Shown here one piece after another: positions 1 to 9,791 of a stretch of DNA of 64,000 nt (its first letter is position 1; each line of letters begins with the position of its first letter). Under the pieces are notes generated by a model. That model ran no database searches, was not told the DNA's origin, and saw nothing but the letters and a program-made list of their open reading frames with translations. Made by a program: the position numbers and the translations under genes. The stretch comes from Candidatus Gottesmanbacteria bacterium (lineage in GTDB: Bacteria; Patescibacteriota; Microgenomatia; 2-02-FULL-39-11), in the NCBI GenBank assembly GCA_016186795.1, contig JACPKY010000002.1, positions 26,593 to 90,592 of the forward strand, read 5' to 3'.

Positions 1-603
1 GATGATCGAAATGTCCGCATTGAGGTGGGATACGGATTGGAGCAGTATGTCACAGATGCTCGTGCCGGAGATGTTATCCGAAACGATATCGTCCCAGCAT
101 TTCAGAAAAATGATTATGAGGGTGGGACGCTTGCAGCTGTGGAAGAATTACAAGGGTATATTTCCGGTGAAATTGTCCCGCAAAATTCCGGCGTTGATTC
201 GTATTCAGAGACTGTGAGGGAAATGCAGATATTTCTCGTTGGTGGAATATTTGCATTTTTTGTGCTCTCGACATACCTTGCCGGATATTTTGGGAGAACA
301 AAAGAATCTTGGCCAGGTGCAGTTCTTGGGGGAGTATTGGGAGGATTAGGGGGATTTTTTCTCGTGTCCGCTCTTGGGATGATCATTGGAGCAGGACTGT
401 TTGGCTTTATGGGATTTTTCTTTGATTATATTCTTTCAAAAAATTGGAAGTTTCAAAAGTCTCATGGGTATCCAACGAGTTGGGGAAGTACTTGGGGAGG
501 ATTTCGAACTGGCGGGGGATCGTCTGGTGGCGGTCCGCCAGCTGGCGGAGGCGGATTTGGCGGCGGATCATCCGGCGGAGGCGGAGCAAGCGGGAGATGG
601 TAA
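1..603 (+). CDS. TPM-domain (YgcG-like) membrane protein with Gly-rich C-terminal tail; 5' end runs off the window
   Basis: Frame 1 is open from position 1. RNVRIEVGYGLEQYVTDARAGDVIRNDIVPAFQKNDYEGG matches TPM-domain conserved core. A TM segment is followed by a GGGSSGGGPPAGGGGFGGG tail typical of this family. Confidence 0.6.
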   Translation, partial: DDRNVRIEVGYGLEQYVTDARAGDVIRNDIVPAFQKNDYEGGTLAAVEELQGYISGEIVPQNSGVDSYSETVREMQIFLVGGIFAFFVLSTYLAGYFGRTKESWPGAVLGGVLGGLGGFFLVSALGMIIGAGLFGFMGFFFDYILSKNWKFQKSHGYPTSWGSTWGGFRTGGGSSGGGPPAGGGGFGGGSSGGGGASGRW

Positions 604-984
604 GAAGTGATTTTATGTGATAGATTATTTTTATGATGATATATCATGTGGCTGTTACGGCGGGTAAAAAAATAACGATTCCGATAGAAATTCGAAGAAA
701 ATTTGGATTCATGCAAAGAACAAAAGCACGAATGAAAATCCGAGGTAATGCGATTCTCATCACCCCCTATAAAGAATAATTTTAAATCTTCAAAATAAAT
801 AGCAGATATAACTTCCAAAAACCCGCAAGGTTTGTGCGCTAATGCACATGCATGCGGGTTTCGTAATTTTTCCCCTACACGGTTTATCCTTGAAATACTT
901 ACTATTCCAAAGAAAAAACGTGTAGGGGTAGGAAAGAGGAAGCACCAAAGGTGGTGCGGTGGAAATGTGCTTCCTCTTTGCCGG

Positions 985-1467
985 TTACCGTCGCTTCGGA
1001 GGGGGCAAACCAAGCTCTGTTAGTTTGACGATGTTTCCTTGGATGGAAACCCACTCGAGCTGCTCAAGTTGTTTGGCAGCAGTTCGTGCCACGTCATCAC
1101 TTTGAGCGATTGGAAGGGTATGCGTGGTGTTGCCCCGCAATTCTTTGATCATTTGGAAATGATGAACGCCCAAATGCAAGTAGTACCATCTCCAAACGCC
1201 GGTTCTCGTATTGAGAACCTCGAATTTGTACTTTTCGTAGAGCGGCAGTCCTCGGCTCAAATCTAGTAGATCTTCTGGGTGAAGATCATACTGTTTGCCG
1301 AGAATACCGAGCGCTTTCCAAAGCTCCACGTAATCCTCAACCTGTGCGACTTGCTCCGCCGGTATATAAGACTCGCCGAAAAGACTTCGGAGAATCCACC
1401 AGTTGACCCGAAACACCTTGCGGAAAAGTCGCACTTTGTACACCTCATCCACCTGTTTTTTCATCAT
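985..1467 (-). CDS. hypothetical protein (160 aa)
   Basis: Long ORF with no recognisable motif. Confidence 0.4.
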   Translation of the reverse strand: MMKKQVDEVYKVRLFRKVFRVNWWILRSLFGESYIPAEQVAQVEDYVELWKALGILGKQYDLHPEDLLDLSRGLPLYEKYKFEVLNTRTGVWRWYYLHLGVHHFQMIKELRGNTTHTLPIAQSDDVARTAAKQLEQLEWVSIQGNIVKLTELGLPPPKRR

Positions 1468-1603
1468 CAGACTCCTTTCCTTTTCACACTTGCCGAACCG
1501 TATTTCAGACGCTGATTTTCTTGTTGCCTTTTCCTCCTTTTCCTTTTATTTGTTTGTATAAGAGCAAGATTATTACCTAGAAAAATGGCTCATAGTATAC
1601 CAC

Positions 1604-1650
1604 AAAAAAACCCGCCTTGATCGATGCGAGTATCGATATAGCGGGTTTTT
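1604..1650. terminator. bidirectional rho-independent terminator hairpin (cccgc...gcggg flanked by A7/T5 runs)
   Basis: aaaaaaaCCCGCcttgatcgatgcgagtatcgatataGCGGGttttt: GC stem with a T-run on both strands. Confidence 0.55.
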
Positions 1651-1836
1651 ATGGTAACGGACCTTTTCCCTCACTGAAAATCTTTGTTATTCTCATTTCT
1701 TTGTCATCCTGATCCGCCGACTGGCGGAGAAGGATCTCATACGAGAAAAACAAAGAATTGCAGTGAGGGTAGAGAGAGGAGATTGTGTTGGAGTGGAGCA
1801 CCGTGTGGTACGGTGAAAAACGGTGCTCCTCCTGTG

Positions 1837-2094
1837 TCATGCGATTGGCTGTCCTCTCACGTCGAAATTCGTGCGATTATAGGTACCGCGATCGTAAACG
1901 TGAAAGCGGTAGTTAGTCGCATCACCCGCAAGATCTTTTTTGAACTTTGTACGAGTGTTGGTATATGCTTCTGCTGCGGATGACGCCTCGACGTCGAATG
2001 GACCCTCACAATCCGTCCAACCCGTGTTGAAAAATTGTAGCGAAACCTGGAACGGGCGCATGTGGCTATTGACGTTGGGAGGGAATGCACTCAT
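1837..2094 (-). CDS. hypothetical small protein (85 aa)
   Basis: ORF only; the terminator lies downstream on the minus strand. Confidence 0.3.
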   Translation of the reverse strand: MSAFPPNVNSHMRPFQVSLQFFNTGWTDCEGPFDVEASSAAEAYTNTRTKFKKDLAGDATNYRFHVYDRGTYNRTNFDVRGQPIA

Positions 2095-2154
2095 GTTTCA
2101 CCTCTTCTGGATTTTATAGATGCGCGTTCACGACGCGCGTTTTATTTCGGTTCC

Positions 2155-2346
2155 TCAGAGACCTTCAAGTTGCAATGCACTTGTGCCGAGGCGCGATGCA
2201 ACTTTTTTTGCGATGAGCTCTTTTGAAGCTGATGTGCCGCTGGGGTTTTCATTGAAATAGTGTCTATCAGTTTGCCCCATCAGCTGGCGAAGTCTCTCGT
2301 AGAGCTCATACGCATCCGAGCTTAACACCACAGTACTCGTGTTCAT
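2155..2346 (-). CDS. hypothetical small protein (63 aa)
   Basis: ORF only. Confidence 0.25.
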   Translation of the reverse strand: MNTSTVVLSSDAYELYERLRQLMGQTDRHYFNENPSGTSASKELIAKKVASRLGTSALQLEGL

Positions 2347-2622
2347 TTTTTCCTCCCTCTCTTTCTTTTTTAAAGGGCGAACCCTTTTCCGATACGTTGG
2401 AAGGAAGTGTAGCCCTTTTCAATTTTTTCTGCAACTAAGTTCTTGTGCTTCTGATTCGTATCTGCTATCATAGAGAAAATTTCAAGATTGATAGACTCCT
2501 GTCCCGACCGCGTCGGGATCATCAATCTCAGAATAAGGAGATACAAACTTTGCAGGCAGAGATTGTATCTCTGCCCTTTTTAATTTTTAAAATAGATTTA
2601 TTTCTTTGGATGCAAAGTGCAT

Positions 2623-2782
2623 CCCTCATTTCTTTGTTCGGCCAAAGAAATGAGGGAAAGAAAGGCCGGCCGAATGGAGATTTTCATATTTCTCTAACCT
2701 CAGATGATCGGGGAGAGCTCTCGGCTATAGTAGTCGTTTCTCCACCTTCACCATTCGGTAAGAGAAATAAATGAAAATCTCC
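2623..2782 (+). promoter_or_regulatory. structured leader region upstream of rpsB (14-bp perfect inverted repeat 2623-2636/2643-2656; 12-bp IR 2676-2687/2771-2782; tgtttactg direct repeat at 2826-2843)
   Basis: Inverted repeats read directly from the sequence. Position is immediately 5' of rpsB. Confidence 0.3.
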
Positions 2783-2847
2783 AGCGGCAGATAATAAAAA
2801 TTACAAAGAATTTTGTTTTCTGTTAACTGTTTACTGTTTACTGATTT

Positions 2848-3642
2848 ATGCGTGACGTTACACTAAAAGAACTTCTTGAAGCTGGGTGTCACTTTGGCCA
2901 CAAAGTTGACCGCTGGCATCCGAAAGCCGCGGAGTTTATCTATCAATCACGGGATGGGCTCCATATCATCGACCTTGCCAAAACCCGTGAGGGAATACTA
3001 AAAGCTGGGGAAAAAGCATTTGCGCTTGGCAAAGAAGGGAAAATTCTCCTTTTTATCGGCACCAAACGTCAGGCAAAAGGTGTTGTTGCAGAAGCTGCTC
3101 GCAACGCCCGTGCGCCATTTATGACCAATCGCTGGGTGGGTGGGTTTTTCACCAACTGGGAGGCAGTTAAGAAAAATATAGAAAAAATCAACCGCATGCG
3201 GAAAGAACGGACTGACGGCGAATGGCAAAAATTTCCAAAGCACGAAATTGTGAAATTGGAAAAAGATCTTCGCAAACTCGAGATGGTGTATGGGGGCGTT
3301 GCTGATCTATTAGCTGTTCCTGATGCTGTTTTTATTGTTGATATAAAAAAAGAAATTATTGCGTTGACAGAAGCGCAGCAACGTCACGTTTCTATTCTGG
3401 CAATTGTTGATACCAATACCGATCCAAATAACGTTGACTTCCCCATTCCGGCAAACGACGACGCAGTAGGCAGTATTTCTTTTATCGCCAAATTTATTGC
3501 AGACTGTTATGCCGAGGGTAAGCTAATATTTGAGAAAACGGAAAAGGAAGCGCGGGAAAAGACAACCGAAAAACCGGCAGAAGAAAAAGCCCTGGAAATA
3601 AAAGAAAAAAAGAAGAGAAAAACGAAAAACCTAAAAAATTGA
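2848..3642 (+). CDS. rpsB: 30S ribosomal protein S2
   Basis: MRDVTLKELLEAGCHFGHKVDRWHPKAAEFIY... is the canonical S2 N-terminus. Lys/Glu-rich tail. Confidence 0.95.
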   Translation: MRDVTLKELLEAGCHFGHKVDRWHPKAAEFIYQSRDGLHIIDLAKTREGILKAGEKAFALGKEGKILLFIGTKRQAKGVVAEAARNARAPFMTNRWVGGFFTNWEAVKKNIEKINRMRKERTDGEWQKFPKHEIVKLEKDLRKLEMVYGGVADLLAVPDAVFIVDIKKEIIALTEAQQRHVSILAIVDTNTDPNNVDFPIPANDDAVGSISFIAKFIADCYAEGKLIFEKTEKEAREKTTEKPAEEKALEIKEKKKRKTKNLKN

Positions 3643-3683
3643 CAAAGAAGAAAAGCTCCAAATCACACAAATGACAAAATACA

Positions 3684-4136
3684 ATGATCACCATTGATCA
3701 ACTCAAAAAACTTCGGGAAAAGACTTCAGCAGGAGTCATGGATTGCCGAAAAGCCCTGGAAGAGGCAAAAGGCGATGAGAAAAAGGCTGAGGAACTTATT
3801 AAACAGTGGGCGTCCCAAAAGGCCGAGAAGAAGGCTGGCCGCGAAACATCTGCAGGACTTGTCGAGTCATACGTTCATGCAGGAAAAGTGGGAGTCCTTG
3901 TTGAAGTTTTGTGCGAAACAGATTTTGTGGCGAGAACCGACAACTTCAAAAACCTTGCTCATGAGATCGCATTACAAATTGCCTCAATGAACCCGAAAGA
4001 TGTCAACTCGCTTATGAAACAGGAGTACATTCGAGATCCAAAACTGACAATTGAAAAATTGGTGAAAGAAACAATTGGGAAGTTAGGAGAAAATATTAGG
4101 ATTGGGAAATTCGCGCGGATACGGCTTGGGGAGTAA
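3684..4136 (+). CDS. tsf: elongation factor Ts, short (150 aa) form
   Basis: LKKLREKTSAGVMDCRKALEEA (UBA-like N-terminal domain) and ETDFVARTDNFKNLAHEIALQIA. Sits immediately after rpsB. Confidence 0.9.
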   Translation: MITIDQLKKLREKTSAGVMDCRKALEEAKGDEKKAEELIKQWASQKAEKKAGRETSAGLVESYVHAGKVGVLVEVLCETDFVARTDNFKNLAHEIALQIASMNPKDVNSLMKQEYIRDPKLTIEKLVKETIGKLGENIRIGKFARIRLGE

Positions 4137-5862
4137 CTGCAGCGTTTTTCGCATAGAGTCGGCTTTTGACAAACAACGGAGATCGTTCTTTCACTCCTTT
4201 TCTATTTTCTACCTCTTGGATCGTAAGGGTTCCTCCAGTAAGTTTTTCCACTTGTGATAAAAACATTCTTGCCCGGGCAACAAATCTCCGAGGGCAAAGA
4301 ATGACTCCATTTTCAATTCGCCCGGCAAGAAATTGGTTGACAAATGTTCCTGCAGATGCGGGATCTCTTCCCACTAGCCACATTCCATCCCCATCAAAGA
4401 TCTGTACCATACTCTTATTTTTGGGAGTGGTTCCAATTTCATCATGAGTTAAGCGGCGGTGATCAAACCTCACGGCATACCCAGCAGGGTCAGCTGTTAT
4501 CGGACTTCTGTATACACCAGTATCGATATCTGCAATGACTGCGATATTTGGTCTGCGAAAAACTTTGGCAAGTTGTCGAACGATGGCTCCTCCTTCTCCA
4601 ATCAAAGCATAATCATATCCTGCTGGGATGGTGATGACCGCACGTTCTTCATCCCACGCGCCACCAATATATTTTAAATATTCTGTAAGTCCCTCTCGGG
4701 TGAAAGGAATGGCAACCTCTTCAAAGTGCGGTTTATTCCCATTTGCCGCCCATCTTTGCTGTTCTACCTCAACAATGAAGTACTCAACACCAGCCTTACC
4801 TATCCGTTTTATCCATGCCTCGCTTGAGCCTTTCAGTGTTGAGTAATGACAGTGAGTAAACGATGGCGCTTCTGGTTTCGGAGGCGATGATTTGGCAGCA
4901 CCAATAGCTTCAACATCAATGTGTCGTGGAATAATAATATTTTTCTTCCCAGGGTCATCTTCTCCGAGTGCGCTTGCTAAGGAAATTGACTTTGAAGGCT
5001 CAGTTGGAATTGGCTTTTCTCCTTCTTCTCCTTCAAAAAGGTTGGTTCCTGGATCTTGAAAAGACCCAGTTGTTTCCGGCTGACCCATTTCTGCATGACC
5101 TTTTACAATGTGTTCAGTATCAAGTGCTTGGAGTGTTTCTTGGTGAAGAGATTCACCAGCCGTCTCTTGCGGAGAAGTTCGGAGAGTGATTGTTGAAAAT
5201 TCCAGAGGTGATTCTGGTTTTGCTTCGGAAGGTTGGTATGAAAGAGTGCGTAGGAAACCGAAAAAGGTATATCCTTCGCGATTTAGAACGTCGCCTTTCT
5301 TTTCGATTTTCGGCCGTTCAAATTCATCTTTTTTCCCAATGATTTTGAAAAAGTCTCCCCGTCGAATAGCATACGCTGCATATCTTCGGTTTTCTCGAAC
5401 TGGAATAATTATCCGATCGTCTTCTTTCGACACTCCAATTTCATAGATAAGTCGGTGGCGCTGAGGTTCGCGGTGCGGATGTTCTGGGTCGAAAACATAT
5501 TTTTCCGGCCAGTGATTAAAAAATTGTTCAGCAGATTCACGGACGAGTTGATCGACATTGGAAAAATTCGGCTCTACTCGGATATATTCACTGTCAGAAG
5601 GGTTTTCAGAAAAATCCATTGTGAGAGAGGTTGCAACACCTACTCCTTCACGGGCACTTCCTGGTCCTGGTAAATGTTCCGAGGCAGGATAATTCCCTCG
5701 ACGTTTCTTGGGTAACGCCCTGTTTGGATTATAGACGAGGGAGGAATCCGCAAAATTCATTTGAGGAAGCGTCTTTACAACGTAAGGAGGCTGTTGTAGA
5801 TGTTCAGGAGCACTTGGACTAGGGCGCATCACTGGATTTTGTGGAAGATTTTCAAACCCCAT
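4096..5862 (-). CDS. large uncharacterised protein (588 aa), second gene of a two-gene operon; C-terminal half contains repeated GxxG (KH-like) segments
   Basis: Uninterrupted 588-codon ORF. IGKAGV, LIGEGGAIVRQL and KLTGGTLTI look like KH-type GXXG loops. No Walker A motif. Overlaps the tsf 3' end convergently by 41 nt. Confidence 0.55.
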   Translation of the reverse strand: MGFENLPQNPVMRPSPSAPEHLQQPPYVVKTLPQMNFADSSLVYNPNRALPKKRRGNYPASEHLPGPGSAREGVGVATSLTMDFSENPSDSEYIRVEPNFSNVDQLVRESAEQFFNHWPEKYVFDPEHPHREPQRHRLIYEIGVSKEDDRIIIPVRENRRYAAYAIRRGDFFKIIGKKDEFERPKIEKKGDVLNREGYTFFGFLRTLSYQPSEAKPESPLEFSTITLRTSPQETAGESLHQETLQALDTEHIVKGHAEMGQPETTGSFQDPGTNLFEGEEGEKPIPTEPSKSISLASALGEDDPGKKNIIIPRHIDVEAIGAAKSSPPKPEAPSFTHCHYSTLKGSSEAWIKRIGKAGVEYFIVEVEQQRWAANGNKPHFEEVAIPFTREGLTEYLKYIGGAWDEERAVITIPAGYDYALIGEGGAIVRQLAKVFRRPNIAVIADIDTGVYRSPITADPAGYAVRFDHRRLTHDEIGTTPKNKSMVQIFDGDGMWLVGRDPASAGTFVNQFLAGRIENGVILCPRRFVARARMFLSQVEKLTGGTLTIQEVENRKGVKERSPLFVKSRLYAKNAAVTPQAVSARISQS

Positions 5863-5901
5863 ACTTCCAGACTAGCAAAGGTCGTACTGGCTTGTAAAGC
5901 A

Positions 5902-7785
5902 TTATCGCAGTTTCATTTTTTTTGCTTGGTCCTCTGTCAATGTAATGTATCCGAGAAACAGGTCATTGGTATCATTGTAGAACTGATTCCAGAAAGCCGT
6001 CGCCAGATTTTCATTCGGAAAAAATATTGTATCCAATCCTCCCGGCTGAACCCCTTTTGCCCTTTTACTAAAGAATCGTAGGAATGTTTCTGACCTTATA
6101 ACAAGAGGAACGTAATGTTTAAATTCCAGTGGTCCATTTCCTGCCCCAAACTGTTCATCTTGGACAAAGTACTCAAGCCCGAGATAATTTTCCAGCTCAA
6201 TAAGGGGCATGATGTAGCGACTCTCAAGTTCGGATAAATGATACGAAGAAGCCAACTCTTCAAGCCTTCTTCGATAGGGAGGAAGTGGTGCATCACTTCT
6301 CTTTTTTGGGTTTGTCACGTGTGTTTTTAATGCGCTGACAATATATCTTGCCCACGGTTCGTGTATTTGTGAGAGACTTTCTTGGTACACCAGTCCGAAT
6401 TTCGCAAGAAGAATTTTCTGCTCGATTTCAGCTAAGATTGGAAGGGCGGTAAGAAATGTTGTGAGTCTATTTGTTCTCATTTTATGGCGGACATCGGTAT
6501 AGGTAGTAAATACTCCCTGGTCAGCATAGTGTGCCAAATACAGAAGTTGACCGCCAGAAAGGCGAGTTTCTTCTAGTTTCCGATACGCATCGAAGAAATT
6601 ATCAGAGGTAAAGGGAAGGGTAGGGAGGTTAGCAAAGCGGTCAGCTGCTTTAATTCGTGCAGCTCTGCGAATGAGTCTTTTTGATGGTAACTCTTTGATC
6701 CGCTCAAGCCATCTGGCGCCGTCTTCTTTCCCGATTTTCGTGAGGGATTTAAGAATAATCCATTGTTCGCGATTTAGGTGAAGGGGCAAACTTGATCCCT
6801 CCATGAGAAGTGTCGTATCGGTTGGTATATATGATGCATCTTCTCGGTGAAAATTTGTTTCCAAATCCTCAGGAATTTCATGGGTAAATGCCAAAGCCAC
6901 ATCGTCTGCAGCTTCAGCAAGGCTTACCGGGTCATTTTCGAGATCATCCTCAATCATCGTCCAAAGATACCAGGCAGTTGCCAGATAATGGCAGTACCAG
7001 TGTTCGTGGGTTTTTCTTGTGTTGTCTCCTTTTTGTTTGAGACGGACAGCGTCACTTTCTTGGGCAAAGCGCATAAACTCTTTAACTTGTGACGTATTGA
7101 TGCCTCGATTTCGCATTCGGAAAAGAAGCTGTTGTTCAATTTCTCTGCGGAAAGTTTCTTCATTTTGGTAACCCAAAAATCGATGCCGGTCAATTGTTTT
7201 CTGAGATGACCAGGGGACTTGCGCTTCCATCATTTTTTCGGTAAAGGCTGCAAGGTGTTCGGAAACATGTGTCACATGGGCATAATCCCAGTACATATCC
7301 CTTAGAAGAAGCGTATCGAAATTCCATCCGATGAGTCGTCTCTGAGGATTATTGGTAACCAGAACTCCTTGTATGGGGAGTCCATAGCGAATATCATGCG
7401 AAGTTATTCCTGTTGATATTCGTTGTACAAAAGTATGCGGTGCGTGTTCTGGGAGAAATTCGTCACTGACGTATCTTTTAAGGGAGGGGAGACGGGAGGT
7501 AAGATGATGATTGGAGTTTATACGCAAAATATCTTTTGCCTTTGCCTCAAGTTCTGGTTTTTTTGGAAGTGGCTTATCTCGAGCTTCCAGAAGTGCCCGG
7601 AGTAAAAATGGGTCGAACCGCTCCAACCCCAGAATATCCTCGAGCGCATCACTTTGGGATGAGTGGATCCAATCGGCAATTCTTGCAACGCTTCGCTGTA
7701 CAGGATACGGTAAATACGAAAGTACTCCGGCCGTTCCTTGCAAATTGTCCGTATTTCTTCGGGGGTCATTTTCAGGAAATGCCAT
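5902..7785 (-). CDS. large uncharacterised protein (627 aa) with His/Asp-rich region suggestive of an HD-type metal-dependent phosphohydrolase fold
   Basis: Uninterrupted 627-codon ORF. HVTHVSEH ... THEHWYCHYLATAWY ... EDDLENDP ... ADDVALAFTHEIPED clusters. Sits 40 bp upstream of the 588-aa gene on the same strand. Confidence 0.55.
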   Translation of the reverse strand: MAFPENDPRRNTDNLQGTAGVLSYLPYPVQRSVARIADWIHSSQSDALEDILGLERFDPFLLRALLEARDKPLPKKPELEAKAKDILRINSNHHLTSRLPSLKRYVSDEFLPEHAPHTFVQRISTGITSHDIRYGLPIQGVLVTNNPQRRLIGWNFDTLLLRDMYWDYAHVTHVSEHLAAFTEKMMEAQVPWSSQKTIDRHRFLGYQNEETFRREIEQQLLFRMRNRGINTSQVKEFMRFAQESDAVRLKQKGDNTRKTHEHWYCHYLATAWYLWTMIEDDLENDPVSLAEAADDVALAFTHEIPEDLETNFHREDASYIPTDTTLLMEGSSLPLHLNREQWIILKSLTKIGKEDGARWLERIKELPSKRLIRRAARIKAADRFANLPTLPFTSDNFFDAYRKLEETRLSGGQLLYLAHYADQGVFTTYTDVRHKMRTNRLTTFLTALPILAEIEQKILLAKFGLVYQESLSQIHEPWARYIVSALKTHVTNPKKRSDAPLPPYRRRLEELASSYHLSELESRYIMPLIELENYLGLEYFVQDEQFGAGNGPLEFKHYVPLVIRSETFLRFFSKRAKGVQPGGLDTIFFPNENLATAFWNQFYNDTNDLFLGYITLTEDQAKKMKLR

Positions 7786-7947
7786 ACTGACGGCTTATAC
7801 CATAATAGAGAGCTTGGTGGCAACTTTTCTTGCGTGAGGGCGTGCATGGTATAATCCGGCAAACCAGTTTGCACATTTACAGAGTGAGACGAGGACGGAA
7901 TTTTTTTTCTATCGGGCGGCAAACAAAAAAGGGAAAAGGAGGCAAAT

Positions 7948-8328
7948 ATGCCAGCTCAAGATTGGGCGAGTATGACATTTTCGAATGAAAACATTCGATA
8001 CATCATACTCAATTTTCGTGTTTTGTGGGGCCTGATCATTGGAATTTATGCGATACTATTAACTGGCGGTGTCATTGGTTCAAGTCCAATTGCCAGTTGG
8101 GGCTTGAAATACCTCCAGTGGCACGGCCGAACCGTCGTAGAAAAACAAGACGACACAAAGTTGATACCGCTCAAAGCGTATCTCTTTAAAACTTTGTGGC
8201 TTCTTGTTTTTATATGGTATCGCATTCATGTTTTTCCACGGGGAGGTCGAATGGCTTTTTCGCTAACAGGAGGGCATCGGATTTGTTCTGCGCCGATGCC
8301 TTTTCTCCATGTCATTCTGAGCAAGTGA
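7948..8328 (+). CDS. small hypothetical membrane protein (126 aa)
   Basis: RBS aaggagg 7 nt upstream of ATG. Hydrophobic segments present. The C-terminal codons overlap dispersed-repeat copy A. Confidence 0.5.
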   Translation: MPAQDWASMTFSNENIRYIILNFRVLWGLIIGIYAILLTGGVIGSSPIASWGLKYLQWHGRTVVEKQDDTKLIPLKAYLFKTLWLLVFIWYRIHVFPRGGRMAFSLTGGHRICSAPMPFLHVILSK

Positions 8329-8469
8329 AGCTCGTCATCTTTTTACTCGCCCTTTTCCCCACCTCGTCTCACTCTCTCATTTTCCACTCACAATTGACAT
8401 CGGGCGATTCCCTGTTATAATCTTGTTATAACAAGGGTATTTATGAACAGTTTCTAATGGAGGTGAGGT

Positions 8470-8715
8470 ATGATTCAAAAAATTATTAAAGTAGGAAATA
8501 GCGTTGCGGTGACGTTGCCAAATACATTCATTCAAGATACTGGCTTGAAGGCTGGTGATACGATTGCGGTAGAAACGTATCCTCAAAGAAAAATGGTCCT
8601 TATCAAACCTACGTCGGAAAAGAATCAAATGAGCTTGTCTCCGGAGTTTTTCTCGTGGCTTGAGAAAATAAGCAAGAAATACGAAAAAACAATAAAAGCC
8701 TTGGCGCGTGTATGA
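8470..8715 (+). CDS. AbrB/MazE (SpoVT-AbrB) family antitoxin
   Basis: IIKVGNSVAVTLPNTFIQDTGLKAGDTIAVE swapped-hairpin motif. RBS ggaggtgagg. Overlaps the downstream toxin gene by 4 nt (ATGA). Confidence 0.75.
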   Translation: MIQKIIKVGNSVAVTLPNTFIQDTGLKAGDTIAVETYPQRKMVLIKPTSEKNQMSLSPEFFSWLEKISKKYEKTIKALARV

Positions 8716-9098
8716 TCTACCTCGAGATAGATGAAGTCATTGCGATCCATGAGAAGATGCTAGAAATTGGAGGAGGACGAGAGGGAATAAGGGATTTTAC
8801 CCTGATTCACTCGGCAGTTGCCAGGCCGAAGGCAACATTTGCTGGAAAGCTTCTGTATCCAACTATTTGGCTTCAAGCTGCAGCACTGATCCAATCACTT
8901 ATTCGCAATCATCCATTCGATGATGGCAATAAACGCACAGGATTTTTTTCTACATTACGGTTTCTGGATCTTAATGGGTACGATATCAACGCAACAGAAG
9001 CTGAGATTATTTCCTTTGCCAGAAATGTTGACGTAAAGCGTCTTCCGATTGAAGATATCGCCTCGTTTCTCAAAAAGCACGCGAAGCGGTTAAAATAG
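8712..9098 (+). CDS. doc: Doc/Fic family toxin (death-on-curing)
   Basis: Fic motif HPFDDGNKRTG. About 128 aa. Translationally coupled to the upstream antitoxin. Confidence 0.8.
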   Translation: MIYLEIDEVIAIHEKMLEIGGGREGIRDFTLIHSAVARPKATFAGKLLYPTIWLQAAALIQSLIRNHPFDDGNKRTGFFSTLRFLDLNGYDINATEAEIISFARNVDVKRLPIEDIASFLKKHAKRLK

Positions 9099-9121
9099 TG
9101 AATTTCTGGTAGAATATCTTT

Positions 9122-9358
9122 ATGGTGTGGGATTACGATGAAGCAAAACTGAAACGGACAAAAGCAGGGAAGATATTTCTTCTTGAGAGAAGTATCAATT
9201 ATGGACAGAGGAGCAGGAAGAAAATTCAACTCCGGGAAGTGAAAAAATATTGGGATAAATTACATCTTTTTCCATTACAGAAGCGTCTGTTTGAGCTTTT
9301 CATATGGGGAAAATACCGCTCCTCTCCAAAGAGCAAGAAATCATTTTGGATGAGGTAA
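9122..9358 (+). CDS. hypothetical small basic protein (78 aa)
   Basis: ORF only. Confidence 0.2.
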   Translation: MVWDYDEAKLKRTKAGKIFLLERSINYGQRSRKKIQLREVKKYWDKLHLFPLQKRLFELFIWGKYRSSPKSKKSFWMR

Positions 9359-9510
9359 GAAAACACCCATTCCTCCTTATGTCGTCATTCTTCGAGCAAG
9401 CGAAGCGAGTCGAGAAGTAGTTGATGAAATTGAGGACAACACATTCGACGGGTTGGTTTTCGGCTGATGCGCCGAATGTGTTGTCGCTCAGTCGTTCAGA
9501 GATCAAAGGG

Positions 9511-9756
9511 TTAGCTCGAAAGCCGCGCGAGCATGTTTTTTACATCTTGCGATTGGCGTGCGGGGACGCCCAACTGCTCGAGGCGCACTTTGGAAAGCCC
9601 CGCCAGTTGCTCAGGTGTTTGAGCGACTCTGTGAATTTGCGAAACTGCATGGTCGGTAAGTCCGGGTAGGAGTTTTCGGAGTTGATCATATCCAACCCGG
9701 TTATTTTTGTGCGCGGCATTTTGCTGATCGCGCACATCGAGTTGTGAACGTTGCAT
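9511..9756 (-). CDS. small hypothetical protein (81 aa) in GC-rich island, possible HhH-like DNA-binding
   Basis: Internal Met MQRSQL preceded by GGAGAG RBS (revcomp of ctctcc at 9765-9770). LLPGLTDHAVSQI resembles a helix-hairpin-helix motif. Confidence 0.45.
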   Translation of the reverse strand: MQRSQLDVRDQQNAAHKNNRVGYDQLRKLLPGLTDHAVSQIHRVAQTPEQLAGLSKVRLEQLGVPARQSQDVKNMLARLSS

Positions 9757-9791
9757 AGTTCTCTCCTTACAATTCAGACTTGGAATTTGAA

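Noticed and set aside
2445-2774. 109-aa plus-strand ORF upstream of rpsB
   Set aside because: Spans the inverted-repeat-rich leader region, so it is more plausibly non-coding structured RNA or DNA.
4166-5673. Multiple 60-90-aa plus-strand ORFs inside the 588-aa gene, and similar ORFs inside 5902-7785 and 20445-22151
   Set aside because: They are antisense to long, confidently coding ORFs and have no RBS.
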